Positions 26,123-40,463 of a DNA stretch of 64,000 bases are shown piece after piece (the first letter of the stretch is position 1; every line of letters begins with the position of its first letter). The notes under the pieces are model-generated. The model ran no database searches, was not told the origin of the DNA, and was given only the letters and a program-made list of their open reading frames with translations. The stretch comes from Bugula neritina. Lineage: Eukaryota; Animalia; Bryozoa. The stretch is taken from contig OZ037767.1 of the NCBI GenBank assembly GCA_964035545.1, positions 25,622,628 through 25,686,627 on the forward strand, written 5' to 3'. A program made the position numbers and the translations under genes.

Positions 26123-29100
26123 AGTTGGCTGATGTTGGTCCAGTGTTTTACGCAAATACCTCTTCTATTATCTTTCTCCTTCCATTTCATCTGAGATCCA
26201 CAATGCAAAGTAGATGTTGCTCAAGAATTGATATGATGAGCTGGGTCAGGTGCCCTGTTATCAATAAGTGACAGCTATGTCAGGTGCTACAGTACTTTAA
26301 CCGTCAATGCCGTATGTTAACTGTCTATTTTCAATAAATAGTATGTTGTACAGTCATACTTTACAAGCTGTACACGGCTTAAAATGTCACGCTGCAGGCA
26401 TATCAACTTACTATATTCTTGCACTTATTTTCTATTCGGTTAGTAACAACTTAGATGGTACTCTGTATATAATTTTCTTCTAGTAAAAGCAGTTTTTAGC
26501 TTCCATCATGAGCAACATATCTTGTTTTTCAAATTGCTACAAATATTTTTCATCTTTTTACTTGTCTATTCTGTACATAGTTTTGATTTTAAATTTGTAG
26601 ATGATTTTCATGCTGCAGCATTTTTATGCACCCTGTAACTATACATGTAGCCATGCAATTTTTATTATTAGATAATTTTTGCTATTTTGTAGATTTTGCT
26701 GAATTATTTTTAGTAACTGTACATATAATTTATAAATGAAACTTGCTATCAAGTATACATTTTTTTTATCTATTTCAAATAATTCAAAGTTGGCCTTGTG
26801 GCTGTTTTGAATACCATCAGCGTAAGCTATGCTGACTGTAATAAAAACATCAAAAACCCAAACAACCGTTCATCTCATGATTCAGCTGCAATGCAATGAC
26901 TGGTTTAGATTTTTATGAGCGACTTTATCATCGCTGCATCCTGTTATATCAAAGCTGAAATTTGGGAAAGGTTGGCTGAATCTATGTAATACTATAAATT
27001 AGAGTTTATTCTACAGCTGCTTCAAAGCTGATCATAAAATTGATTATCATGGATTACGGCTGAGATTATCACTGCTAATGATTTTACCTCACGTGTCTAA
27101 GGCTAGTTGATGTCAATCCGGAAGACTTGAGTGAATGACAGAGATACGCAGATTTAAGATTATCTCTCATGGTAAATAAATCCGAAAAACTTCATAACAA
27201 TTAGAGATGCTTGTCTCCTAATGTTTCTGACAGAAACCACTATAAGATTCAAATATACAGAAAGCAACTCTGTGTAGTTGTTACCATGTTACTATTTTCC
27301 ACCGCAGAACTCACAAAAAGCAAACGGTTTTTATGAAAGCACATACTGGCTCCTTCAATATTTTAGTGACCAAAAAATTGTGGCAAAAAATTTAGGTTTG
27401 TTTATAGCTAAAATATTGTTTACGTCAAAAAGTTAGAAGTTGCAAGAATTCCTCTTGAACATAGGTAACTATATGAAATACAATTTTAATGCAAGTACTA
27501 TCAAAACAGCATGTTTTATTAATCACTTTTATACCAAAAATAAACAGCTATAAATTATTTACTATTATAATGAAGCTTTAGTTTTACTAAAAAAGCATGC
27601 TGGTATAAAATGTATTGGCAATAATTTAGGTTAAGTAATGATACTACTCGAACAGGACAATGCGAAGAAAGGTGAGATAGGTGAGAATGATACTTTCTAA
27701 ATCTGGAAAAAAATTACACAGATTATAGTTTGTTTTATAATTGTTGGAGAGAATCAAAGTCATAAAACATAACGATTGTGTTTTAAACATGTAGAGACAA
27801 AAAAAACTGTCAAATTATTTGATTTTATTGAAGGAATTTTTCAATTAAACAGACTGAGCTGAGCACAACAGACACATTTAACATTTTAACTATGTAAAAG
27901 TTTATTACTTTAAAAAAACTAAATGTTGAACTTTTCACCAGCTTCAGTTAAAGTTAATTAACTAATTGGCTGTAGCTCAAATTGCTTGAATAAGTATAAT
28001 TAAACTTTGAGTTTTTACAAAAGGATATATATCGTTACAGAAATACAAATTAAAAAATGAAACTGTAATTAAATTTGTAGTTAACAGCTAATTTGTCAAG
28101 TTTATCATATTTTAATAGCTATTTGATTTTTAGTGCATTTTCCCAAAACAACAACTCAACATTTGTATTTAGTCTTTTTCTGTACAATTTAAAACTTTTT
28201 AAGTCAAACTCTATATATCCATTTTTTTAGTTTATATCAAAAAGATGACATTGGAAATATCCAAGTACAAGTCTTTGTCTTGTTTATAAAATCAAGCATC
28301 TCAGAAAGAATTGCAGCATTTTTCAGTTTGACAATAAACAATATACCTGCATGCTTCAGTTCTACTACTAAAGTGAGGAATTAAGATGACGTGAAGGTAA
28401 ATAGAAATTGTACTGAAAGCTAATACAGATATATAATGTTTATTATTTAAAAAGGGTCACGTGACAACTGGTCGTAAAAGTTTATAAGCAGCTGTGTTTT
28501 GTTTTTTTTTGTAAGTTATATCTTTGGATTGTATTGAATTTTGAATAAATATTTGTACTCATCATTTATTGAATATTTCCCACCCTTAAAGATTTTGTAG
28601 TCTTATAGACTGTTGTATGTACTTTAGCTGCTTTACCATATAGCGTTGAAGTTAATGATAATAGTTAGGATTGCAACGGTAATTGCTTTTTATTTGGCCG
28701 ATTTATTTGGTGAGACAGTTTGACTACGCAAATTATGACTAAGCTGATCAATGAATTAATGTTTACCAGTTCCAAGTAAACAACTTTTATTTTAAGCGTT
28801 TTAATTTTTGTTGGTTTGGTAATGCTTGTTTAATGCTGCGTTTCATAATAATACGAGATAATACGGTGGATGTCAAAGGTATTATCGTACCTGGTGTCAA
28901 ATGGTTCAGAGGCAAACAGCATCACCGTGTACCCACATTGGTACTTGTAGATTTACAACTAAACAGAAGTCCCCGTACATAATAGGTAGCTTCTTTATTG
29001 GAGCTCGTTGAAGGGCGTTCATGCACCCACCCTCGAGGTGTTATGGTTATTGGGTATATTTTGCAATCTCAAGAAAGCTAGATTTTGGTTAGGGGAGTGT

Positions 29101-29867
29101 AATGAATCTATGTAATGAAGAGCATGAACATTAGGATAATTTATTAGTAATAGATTAGGTGGTGAATGTTCAGGGCGAGGCAAATATCTCATAGATAATA
29201 CCGACTATATATCTAGATTAATCTGTATTTCGCTACACTGCTACTCAACCAATAAAGTTATTGAGATCATATTTGAAAATTTTCGGCACTAAAACTTCTC
29301 TTAGGTAAAGCCAGAGCTTGAAAAACTGCTATGACTATTTGCTTTCGTATACAATATAGCAGGATTTATTTTCGAAACCTAAACACATTTACATTAACAT
29401 GCTTGTAAATCTATTTGACTTGAATCAATCAAAAACCGAATGCTGTTAATAAATTTATGAAAAGACTAATTTAGACACTTGAAATGGATGAAACAGAGTG
29501 TGATGATCATTCCAAGTAAAAGTTACTCCAAGTGTGCTCCACCTTCACATTAACTAGAAATAAGAAGCAAATTTGTTTTCAGCCCATGTTACACTTATCC
29601 TTCCACTCGTGTTTACATTGATATTTAGCACAATTATTTTACTTCATACATTGTTAAAATTTCTATGCATTTTCATGCTTTATATTACTTTTCTATCTGA
29701 GAAACAGCTACTCAGCAGTATAAATCTTGTTTCTCTTCTCTGGATCTCCAGGCCTCTAGCTACCAGAGTATTATACCAGTTACTGTGTGATCCAAGGGAT
29801 AGAAAAAGGGCAAGTAGAGCTTGTAACAATATATACTCAGAAAAACATTTTGCTTGCTTATATCATA

Positions 29868-29955
29868 AACACACACGATCGCACACACGATCACACACAC
29901 CACACACACACGAATGCACACACACAGCACATGCGCACACACACGCACACACACT
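29868..29955. repeat. Imperfect (CA)n microsatellite
   Basis: acacacacgatcgcacacacgatcacacacaccacacacacacg...; explains the His/Thr-rich ORFs here. Confidence 0.9.
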
Positions 29956-30701
29956 TAACAAAAGTATTTTAGTAAGCATAGAAAACTTACTTTTTTATTA
30001 GTCACAATTACATATAACCTGGTTGTAGTTGGAAAGATGGATCTATAATGGTATAAATGTGAACTGGGCTGGCAATCGAACAATGAAGGATGGGCAGATT
30101 ATTGCTTAGGTTTTCTCTAAAACTGAATCACTCTGTGCTATGCATACATTTTGCTGCAAACTTTTTACCTGCAGTAAAATCATTGCCATCTTTGTTTGCC
30201 AGAGGATAAAGTACATGCACGGTTTTAGTTGTTCATAAATTGTAGACTATGCATATTAAAGTTATCCAGGTTGTCTAAAGTATAAAGTTGAAGGAATATG
30301 AAAGGTTTTACTACTCGTATAATAGTCATATAACTTCTTCCTCCCCCAATAGCAGAGTCGTATTGTATTCAACATACCAGCATCCCTCCCACACACAGGC
30401 ACTAAAACTCGACAACACGCAACATAATGATTCGCCAAAGAATTGTTGTGGTAATAAAATATTGTGCTTACAAAGTGTTGCCTTTGCAATTATTACCTCA
30501 GTAATTAATGTTTGGTTATTAACATATAAACCAGAAGTGGTACAGTAGTATGGTACATTATCATGTACACCTATAATAATAAACATAATAGTATAAAGCA
30601 GATTTACATGTAGGTACATGCATTAGTTATAGTTTTTGACATGAAATAGTACTTGTATTGTTACTTGCCATATTATATGATAATAGTATATAAAGTACAA
30701 C

Positions 30702-30745
30702 AGTGTGCAAGTGTGTGTGTGTGTGTATGTTGCTGTGTGTGTGTT
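30702..30745. repeat. Imperfect (GT)n microsatellite
   Basis: gtgtgtgtgtgtgtgtatgttgctgtgtgtgtgt. Confidence 0.85.
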
Positions 30746-31823
30746 ACATTAACTGTTATAGTTAACATTATATTAATGCAGGCAGGATTCACATCAGACC
30801 TAAATTTTGAAGGTGTGTGAAGATAAGAATATGTGGATAGTGTATTCAGGCATGTGTGGATACACCCAGTGAAGTACAACGCAACTGTCTACAAAGCAAT
30901 GTGGGCTATGGATGAATCAAACATTTAAAAGCAGTTAGTTTATCAAAATAGAAAAAGTCTCGACAATTATAAAATGGTTCAACTTTTGAATTTTTCAGAC
31001 AATAAATTGTACAAGATAGCATCTCTTTAGGTCTGCATCTAGCAGAACGCGTCAATAATTGCATCTATCTATTCGGACTAGGATTACTACATCAATGAAT
31101 TATATTCTGACATCTGCTCGAGATTTTGATAAATTAGGTTTTAGAAATAGCATAGTATAGAAATAGGAAATCAAATGTAACTCAATTTATGTTCTAAAAT
31201 GAGTGTGTTACAGTTCGAGATGATTTATACATGCAGATTGGTTATGATTAGATAATATTTTCAAGTGAAATATAGAATTTCATAAGCAAAAATTGCAGCA
31301 ATCAAATTTATTTTCACTCTAGTCATAAGACACGGATTATAATATTTTGTTGCAGTCATGGCGGGTTTTGCAATGTTGACTAGCACCATTCAGTTGTTAT
31401 GTTGGGCGGAATAAAGTATATTCCAAAGGGTTTCAATTATTTCACTAGGGTATTGAAAATATTTTGTATATGGGAAAAGTGAATTGATATTTAGCAAAGT
31501 TGCTATGAGACTACGAAAAATCAAGTCAATGAATCACATGGAAAAAGTGCCCATAGTTGGGGAGACCAGAAATATTGGTTTACTCAACTTGGCAATTGAT
31601 ATAATGGTGCAATGAATTATCATAGACATATACATATAATAGAATATATATTTGTTTCTTTTGAATTTAAATTGCTGTAATTAAGTATAACATCATAAAA
31701 ACATGACCGCAAAACTTAAGGAAATAACAGTATAACTAAACATAAAGAATAAAAGAGTAATTCTTATGCTGCCATATTTAATTTTAATATGAATAGAATT
31801 GCAGCAATAAATTAGCTCCACCC

Positions 31824-34800
31824 TCAACTTCCTGTAGTTAATGTCTCAGGTGTACTGTGGGAAGGAAATAAGATAGCGGCTCTACGTTGAACAAGAACTG
31901 CGACAATGGCTGCAACTATAAATAAAGTTATTCCGGCTACCATACTAGCTAATTCCACTTCTTGACTTGGCTTCAGGAAAATCCTAACGTGGAATGCATC
32001 AACATTTGGCCACACACTTTCAGTCCAAGTCGGGTATAAACCAGAAGAGAAATTGTAGCCTTCTATTTCAAATGCTGGCGAGGAAGCTGCGTGGTACTGA
32101 GCAGTACTTTTGATGCACATATTTTGTCGTGTACCGTTGGCAAAAGAGCGGCCATTGATCCAGAATGTTGAGGTCGGACTGCTGGAGTCGTCCACACAGT
32201 CCTTTTCTGACAAATCAGTCTCGTCTCCAGTAAAGTAGGCGAGCATCTGCAGCATGAGTTTCTGAATGTGTTGGGTGCTAACACCGGCAGAAAACACTGA
32301 AACATAGAATGGAAATGGCGTGGTGGTTCCGTTAACAACGCTCACGTCTTTAGGTGCCAACACCGTATGAAAGAGATCGCAATCCGGACTTATTAGCAGA
32401 CAGTATAACACATGATGTACGGTATCACTGTCGGCTTTATAAGATGAATCGGCCGAAGAGTTAGTTGTATACATGACTACAGCGTCGGATATAGCAGTGG
32501 ACACATTTGCCAACACCTTAGCTATTTCTGACGTTTCGTTGTACTGAACGGCTGAGCGATTCGGAAAGACTCCTTGAATTTCGGGGGTGTCAAGGTAACT
32601 ATTGTAGTATTCGGTCTTGAACTTAGCGTTGTAGTCTGCAAGTACTATGACAGGTACTCCAGTAGATTCTAGTCCACGAATGAACATTTGAGAAGAGCTC
32701 GGTGGCAGAGGCTGGTCAGCTGATGCTGCTCCAAAAACTATGTTGAGGTAAGCCGATGCCGCCTCTAGTTTTGTGATGAAATCAGGTATACTTTGAAAAG
32801 AGCTCTTTGTATTAGGATCCGTGTGATAGAAGATTTTGTTATGTAAACCGCTTCGAAGTTGAACAAACTGTGAAAGTTCAACAATTAAATGGACATCAGC
32901 CAAACTCATTCTCGCAGAATTGGAGGTTTTGTTTGGAAAGAAATCACGCTGCATGTCATAAACAAGTTTTTGGGAGCCGATATAATCAAATGACTCACCA
33001 GTGAGAGCTAGAAACAGGACGTTGTATCCGGCGGAAAGAATCTCGTCTCGGCGATGTCTCAAAGTTTCTGCTACAGACAAGAGTATGGCCATGCTTGCGG
33101 CCGGGCTGCTGGCACCAGGCTGCATCATTTCAAACAAGGAGGACGAGTCTGTTCGGGATATGATGACAATCGTCTTATTACGAGGAGTGTCTTCTGGCGT
33201 CTCCTTTAAAAATGCTAATGAACTATAACCTCCCAACTCCTGACAATACTGGCTGGGTGAGAAGTTACGTATCAGGTTATTCCTCCGTAAACAAATCTCG
33301 CTGTTGCCAGCAGCATGCATGAAAGCCTTAAGTTCCGCAGCGCAGAGCGGGAGGCTGGGCTCTGAAGCATTGTCACCACCCGAGGGCACATTGTGAGCGA
33401 GGTAGCAGTCCATGACCTTGTCAACTTCCTGTTGTGACTTCAACAGCATAACCGGCATTTTTAAATCTTCAAAGAGAATTCCATTTCCATCCAAGTTGAA
33501 CTGATGCTTTTCACATGAGTATTTGGGGTCATCCTTGTACATACTAGATTCAGCGTTTGGACACTTGAGTTCAGGAGAGAAACCATTGGGAGGATAACTC
33601 TGGACATCTAATAGATCAGCTTGAGCCACCATAATGCCGTTGACTTTGCCACTTTTAACTAGTCTTTTGATAGTCGAACCAACGAAGAAGGTGGAGGGTA
33701 TGAGTGGAATATACGGATCGTGTAATCCTACAATAATACATTCACATAAATTCATTTTATTACGAAATATCCAAATTTACATAATACATTATAAACTCTT
33801 ATTGCTAATGTCAATGGAACGAAGAAATAGCCTGGCAAAAACTGTGTTTGGTGGTTATTTGTCATATAAAAAGAGAATAGAAATATTGTCAACCAGTTAC
33901 CATAACAACCGGGAACCACCTGTGACCTCCAAACAGCCCAGATCACTCGGTTTATGCCAAGTCGGCGGTAAACTATGCGAGCTGCATGCCTGCACCATCT
34001 TGCAAGTCTGCAGCAGTGCAGCACATTGCACCTTTAGTTGAACTCACTCTCTCACTCACTCTCAGTAACGACATCAATGTGAAATTATCACTTTATCAGA
34101 GTAAACAAACCGTTTCACTATATTAATGCTTAACTCAGCAACTTGAGCAGTATTTGTATAAAAGGGTGTAGTTTCTGTGAACGATAAGGGGAAAGAAATG
34201 GGCGGAGTGAAGTCTAACCACTACTAGCAGGCGTGTAGAGTGTATAGATGAACATGGTATACATAATATATCTAAGAGAGATTACAAGATGAGTCTCCAA
34301 TACTATCACATGATGAGTACAAAGTCCAACAAGACAAGAGTGAGTATGATTGTGCGAGTATGAAAGACAGAACATTCAAACTGGTTGCAGACAGTTGCTC
34401 AAGTAGACTAATCTAATCACTCTCGTAGATTAGACCCTCAGAAGATACTCAGCCTGAGATAACAAGTATGATTCGTCTTTCAATCTACTGATAAACAAGT
34501 CCTCCACCACCAAACTGTCGAGTAATCGCTTATTCTACAGATAAAAGTTTTTCTCAACAATGCCTTCTCTTCAGATGTAGTTGACTGCTTCAACTATTCT
34601 CTTTGACTCACCAAATCAATCGACTGCCAAATATCATGTTGCAAAACTACACACGGAGCCAAAATTCAAGTTTTTTTAAAATATGTTTCATGTGAAGTAG
34701 CCACTGCAGTGGAAAAATCACCCAGAACAACAGACTGGGTAGGAAAAACACCACCTGCAAGCTCCTAGGTACTTTATGAATAAGTTTGGACCTCCAATCC

Positions 34801-36517
34801 ACAAATCTTTCTTCTCATTTACCAACTGTATCACATTACTGTACAGGAAGGGTTGATTGTCACTTTGAAGTTTTACAGGCATATTATAATAAGTTCAAGA
34901 ATACAATGAAATCCACAATGATAATAACAGAACTGTTGAGTTTCAATTTAGCTGTTGGTCAACTGGTGAAAATCTGCAGTTTACAAACAAAAAAGAAAAA
35001 AGTGTCTTTGGATTTTCTAAGAACATGGACTACAGAGTCTGGCCAGGTAGAGTGAAAAACAATAAGCGGCAGAAATACAGGAAGAACCAACATCAGCTGT
35101 CAGTCATCGAAATTAAGTGACAATTGAGAATTTTTTTTTATAATTTTATACCAAATAGTCGTAAAATTGTCTTTTGACAGCTGAAATATTTCAAGTTTGG
35201 CAGAATAAAAATGTATGGAAAATCCCGCTGTCACTATAGGAATGTGAAGCTGCAATATTAATTGATGGAATTAGCAAGCCAGGGATGGTTGAAACCAACT
35301 AACCTGAATTGATTAGCCAATCAAGGCTCTCTGTAGAGTTGACATAATGTATAACCCCTACATTTCCATTCATGCCCGTGGTGCATCCTATCTCGTGGGT
35401 TCCATTGAACCGGCGGTAGCAGCTGACAATAGTTTTTATATCCTCATATATCTAAAAAAAGATTCTCATACCAGAAACTGCTTTAGAGTTTGAAGTGGTC
35501 AGAACTTTAGGTCATTACTTTCTTGTAGAAAATAAAATATATGTATTTACTATTTCAACCACCAAACCATGACTAAAATAACGTTGTTTAGCTTTGTATT
35601 ACATAAAAATGATGAATTGAAAAATTCACAAAATACCTAAAGTGAAAATGCATGTTTAATGTAGCTTTTAACATCATAAAAATTTAGTAGCTCAATTGTA
35701 AATAATCGGAAAAAGAAGATTACGAATCAATTCACTTGCATAACGTATAGAGCATGCTCATCGAGGCATGTGACACGATATGAACATGATTCTGTGAGAA
35801 TTTAATCAACTAGAGTTTATCTGGATTGCCTGCTGAAATCAACAGTAAATATGCTATGAATCAGGTATACAGAGCTATAAATATGCTGAATAATTGTACA
35901 GCTTGATAGATGAATCTATAATACTACTGCGATGACATATAAAAATAAAAAACAAATACATAATTCATGAGAAATGGTTGCAGACTACAAGGAAACCGTT
36001 GACTATACCAAATCATTTACCAATTATTGATATATGAGATCCACCCATTCTGGAGCCTAATGTGAACAATACCTCAAAACTCTACCTGACACCTGAGAAT
36101 AGTCTGACTGAAGTTTGAGTATTTCAAGATAGGGAGCAGCCGTGGTCTAGGGGGTTAGAGCACTTGCCTAGTAAACACAAAGTCATGGGTTCAAACCCCA
36201 ACAAAGGCCATTGGTGACGTTAGGAAGAGCATCCAGTCATAATTGCTCCTGTGCCTCATCTGAATAAGTCCTTTACTCAATTTAACAAAAACCCCTTCCA
36301 TCAGGGGTTCTCACAGGGATAGTGACTATAAACTTGTGTGAGTTTCAAGATAGACTGTTACCACTGTGTGTTGCATTGGGCCCATAAGACAACTACGTTC
36401 TGCTCTTACCAGCTTGTACGTAGCTTCCTGAGACCTATCAATGGCTGCCCGAGTCGCTCCGACTAAACATAGCAGGTAGAGACAACTCCCAAACCAAATA
36501 CCACTCACGATAGCCAT
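31824..36517 (-). CDS. NCSTN: Nicastrin (gamma-secretase subunit), 719 aa, three coding exons
   Basis: Exons 36517-36410 (signal peptide MAIVSGIWFGSCLYLLCLVGATRA..YKL), 35451-35304 (IYEDIKTIVSCYRRFNGTHEIGC..GVIHYV..LDWLINS) and 33727-31824 (GLHDPYIPL..GFSPELKCPN..PLCAAEL..GESFDYIGSQKLVYDM..LPPSS..SPAFE..YPTWTESVW..IFLKPS + TM). Phases 0 and 1 join in frame; DYIGS motif intact. Confidence 0.96.
36132..36342 (+). mobile_element. tRNA-derived SINE, copy 2 (in NCSTN intron), with 11-bp TSD
   Basis: A box, B box GGTTCAAACCC, core TAGGAAGAGCATCCAGTCATAATTGCTCC; TTTCAAGATAG duplicated at 36122-36132 and 36343-36353. Confidence 0.9.
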
Positions 36518-37109
36518 ACACACAGCAGACGATTTTTCCCACTGCAGAATAGGTTGGATTCTAATAGCCTCCCAGACTCTGGTGACATGAAGCCTGTAGA
36601 AAAGAAGGCTATAATGTAGTTCATGTAGACGTGCACTTTGCACAGTGCTGGTGCAGCAAAGCACATGTGAGTACAGATGCCCTTGTGTCCAATAACAAGA
36701 GGTACCTTTATGCAATAGAACACTATCCTGCTATTCAATAAAGCAAGCAATGACAGCAGACCATGATAAATGAAGGTTTAGATATTTGAACTAGGTGTGA
36801 CATAACACTCTGGATATTGAATAATGTAAAGGAGAAACGTGTATTATGAATAATATATGCATACATAAAATGTAGGTGGATTTCGAAGCTACAAAATTTA
36901 TGCATTTATAAGTTGCAGCGTGAACTCTACACACACTGCAAATAGGAGTGTCACCGTCATTCATTCAACTGGATGACAAGTTGGTAGGTGTTGCCAACAC
37001 CCGACAGATTGTGAAATATGTGGCACACAGCGAGCTCTTACATAATAATTATACTAACATTTCTAACAGTTTAATTACGGAGCATTGGTCATCTAATTGG
37101 GAGTTTACT

Positions 37110-37162
37110 AACGAGTTGGTAACGCTACACGAGTTGGTAACACTACACGAGTTGGTAACACT
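37110..37162. repeat. 18-bp tandem repeat x3 (ACGAGTTGGTAAC(G/A)CTAC)
   Basis: Seen directly; gives HELVTL repeats in a spurious ORF. Confidence 0.85.
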
Positions 37163-39273
37163 TGGGTGTAAAAGTCTTCAGATGTCAACAAGTTGTAAAA
37201 AATTGATGAAAGCTTTTGTTCAAATCGTCATTTACTTATATAGATAGCTGGAGTGTTATCATCCGAGAATGCTCATCACAAAATCAACAAAAAAGCCTCA
37301 ATGTTGGATATTGAACTGCATTGGGAATAGATAACTCCAAAATATGTGTACACAAGCAAATATTTTCTGCATTGAGGTAGAAACAGATACAAATTTGACA
37401 CTTATACAAATAAACATTAGGCTATTTATATTTTAGCCAGACTGGTTATGATTCACCTATTATTACTGTAGTTATTAATATTTACAGTATGTGTGTATTA
37501 TTTTTAGAACAGTGTATATACACTCAATATAATATTTATTATTGATAACCTTTATAATAATAATACTTACAATGTAGAAAAATGTAGATAAGCTGTGCAA
37601 TTACAGGTCACACATACTATATAGATATCGATAGAGAAGTAACCAGAACTGTACTAGAAAGTAGAGTGAATTCTAAACTGAATTCATCAGATGACTCATT
37701 AGGTAGTATGCTGCCTAATTCTACAATAAAAAATCAGGAATTGTATTAAATAGTATGTCAAGAAAAGAATAAGAAAATATGACCATTACGTGAATTAAAA
37801 ACACCAGATTGCAAAAATTTAATAAAAGAAAGAAAGATGATCAACTGTTTCACATGACAAGAAATTAAGATAAACTTTATTGCTCTTAGCGTAATTGACA
37901 TGCTGAGCTAGACGCTAGTGTTAAACTTCGATTAAATTGGGAAGACAACTCAAGGTGAGAAATTCTTTGTACTTTGACAGGTTAAGTAAGCACTGAGAAT
38001 TGTGTATGAAATCTAATAGTATTGAAAAACTATAAACTTTAACTAGCAATATTGATATAAAACATTATGCGAAACCTTTAAACCATAGCTTTTTAGGATT
38101 TGTGACTATGGAGAGAAAATATGCCAACTTGAAGTGAAAAATATTAAGTTTGAGACTGTATTAATATTACATGTAGCCCCTAGCTCAGGCCACAATGTAT
38201 TAATATTAAGTTATTAATGCTATAGAATTATAGAGCATCATTGCAATAACTTGAACTGGTCAATAAAAAAAGAATTATTTGGACTCCTTTTTAACATGCA
38301 TTGGTGTGTTTCAATTTTAAGTTTTTACACAGATTTGTACAAAAGTTTATAAGTTTTCCCCTGAGCACACACAATTGAAAAACAATTTTTCAGTCGTAAT
38401 CAACAGCTAGTGGGAAGCAGTCCTCACAATAACATAGATGCTGGCCTTGAAAAAAAAATTGGAATAATAGCAAATACAAATAACAATTATTGCCATAGTA
38501 ATGAAGATAACATGATCTAGTAGGGTTTAAACCTTTACAGCATTTATTTGTTTATCGAAAAGGGGCAAGTTGCTAAGATAGAGGGAATATTTAGCCTGTT
38601 TTTCTTAGGGCGGACCTGGTTGTGCAATGATTAGGGCTCATTCTATACTGCTAAACTAAACTAAAATTTAAACACTGCTATAAGCCTTTTATGTTTCATT
38701 TTATAACGCATAGTACTGCTCAAATGAGTAGTAGTGACAAGGCAACTTTGGATATCATTATTTCACCTATGCTATAAAACTAGCGTTTTCAATACAACAT
38801 GCATACTTTACAAAGCCATGTTTGTTTGAGATAAAACAGTCACACTATGAACACACCAACTCAAGAGTTGCATTTTAAACTGTAACATGTTAGCAACACA
38901 TCACAAATGTCAAAACAAAAAGTTTAATGTGAATATACAACAAATGAACCTAAAATAAAAAAAAAACTAAGCAATTTTCGAAAAGCAATACTAGTAATCA
39001 AGCAAAAAAACGTGTTTGGATAAAAGTTTTCATGTTTCTTACAAACTGAAACCGCATGAAAATTTTATAATAAAATTAGAAACAACTATTAAGACAAAAA
39101 GTTTTAGTTCCTTTAGTTATAAAAACCTAGAGTGGAAAAAGTAGGTTTTATTATTAAACTGTTATTTTCATAAACCTTAACTAGGAAAATTTCAAGTGTA
39201 GCTTGGTTAAAACAAAACACATTTAGTTGTTTATTCCAACAATTATAATTATTGAAAATGTTTTTATGATTTT

Positions 39274-39548
39274 CGGTAAAGATGGCACAGGTAAAAATGG
39301 CACAGGTAAAAATGGCACAGGTAAAAATGGCACAGATAAAAATGGCACAGGTAAAAATGGCATAACTAAAAATGGCACAGGCAATCATGGCACAAATAAA
39401 AAATTACGCAAAATTGGCACACTGATGTTAAATTTACCCAAACCCAACCTCAAACACCAACCTCAATATTGAAAATGTGCCATTTTTACCTACTTTTCCA
39501 TTTGTGCCATTATTACCTGTACCAGTTTCACTATGCCATTTTTACCAG
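39274..39548. mobile_element. Foldback/MITE-like element with 15-bp subterminal tandem repeats
   Basis: About 8 copies of GGTAAAAATGGCACA on the left, an AAACCCAACC-type spacer, then inverted copies (TGTGCCATTTTTACC) on the right. Confidence 0.7.
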
Positions 39549-39879
39549 GCAGCTGTTTTATACTCACTTTCAAAAATAATTGGAGATTGACAAATGACAC
39601 TTGCTTAATTGATTAGCATTGACAACCGTAAAGGTATCTACCATGAGATTAGAAAAAATATAATAAATATGTCAAATTATAACCATTGTACACTTATTAA
39701 CTCATAGTGATAGTAATCGGCAGCTTTTAAACATAATACTACAATGTTTATAGTTATGCTTATACTAGAACTAATACTCACAGCCATACGATTAGCATAA
39801 TTATCTCTATATGTGGGCGCATGGTATAGTGAGCATGGCCACAAAACAAGTCCTAAATTTTATAAGTTCCATTATGATT

Positions 39880-40455
39880 ATAAGTAGGATAATTATGATG
39901 ATCATTATGGCTATTTGGCTCAGCTTCAACAACATTTATACTTTTAATAAGTATAACTATAACTTATAGACTTCATAGTATAAGTAGTAAATAAATAAGT
40001 AATAGTAGACATATTTCTTATTCATAGCCTTACCAATATTGATATTCATAACAACAATGATAATATTTATCAGTACCAGATGAGTCTCACAATAATTAGT
40101 AATAGTCATATTGATACACTAATACTAATGGTAACACTAATAGTAATAGTATTATATTTAGTGTAGCAGCATTTTGTTTTTAGATAATTATAAACAATTA
40201 ATAAATAGATATACACTAATAATATTATTAACAACATAAATTGAAATGTGAATATCAAATAATTTATAATTACTATTTATTATGTTAGTGTTATTGTTAT
40301 CAATATGACTATTGAAAATAACATCGTAATGATTATCATAATGGGAATCCATATAAATATGAATATTAAAATAATCAAATTTATAATTATAATCAATATG
40401 ACAATATCCTAATCTAAATATGTAATCACAATCAGTATCATAATGATTATCATTA
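39880..40455. repeat. Degenerate ANT-ATN low-complexity tract (left of the LINE)
   Basis: e.g. acactaatactaatggtaacactaatagtaatagtattat; atcacaatcagtatcataatgattatcatt. Confidence 0.75.
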
Positions 40456-40463
40456 AGTGATTA

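Noticed and set aside
29573-30879. Cluster of 60-140-aa ORFs between the Raw-like gene and NCSTN
   Set aside because: Driven by CA/GT microsatellites and AT-rich bias; I could not build a phase-consistent exon chain or recognise a domain.
33752-34024. ORF abutting the nicastrin ORF as a frameshifted N-terminus
   Set aside because: The real N-terminal exons are 36517-36410 and 35451-35304; this ORF and the MNLCECIIV start of the 643-aa ORF are intronic.
32063-34041. Alternate-frame and antisense ORFs over nicastrin
   Set aside because: Shadows of a GC-richer coding exon; no recognisable motifs.
39113-39472. Pentapeptide-repeat proteins (GKNGT / CAIFT)
   Set aside because: Translations of the 15-bp repeats of a foldback element.
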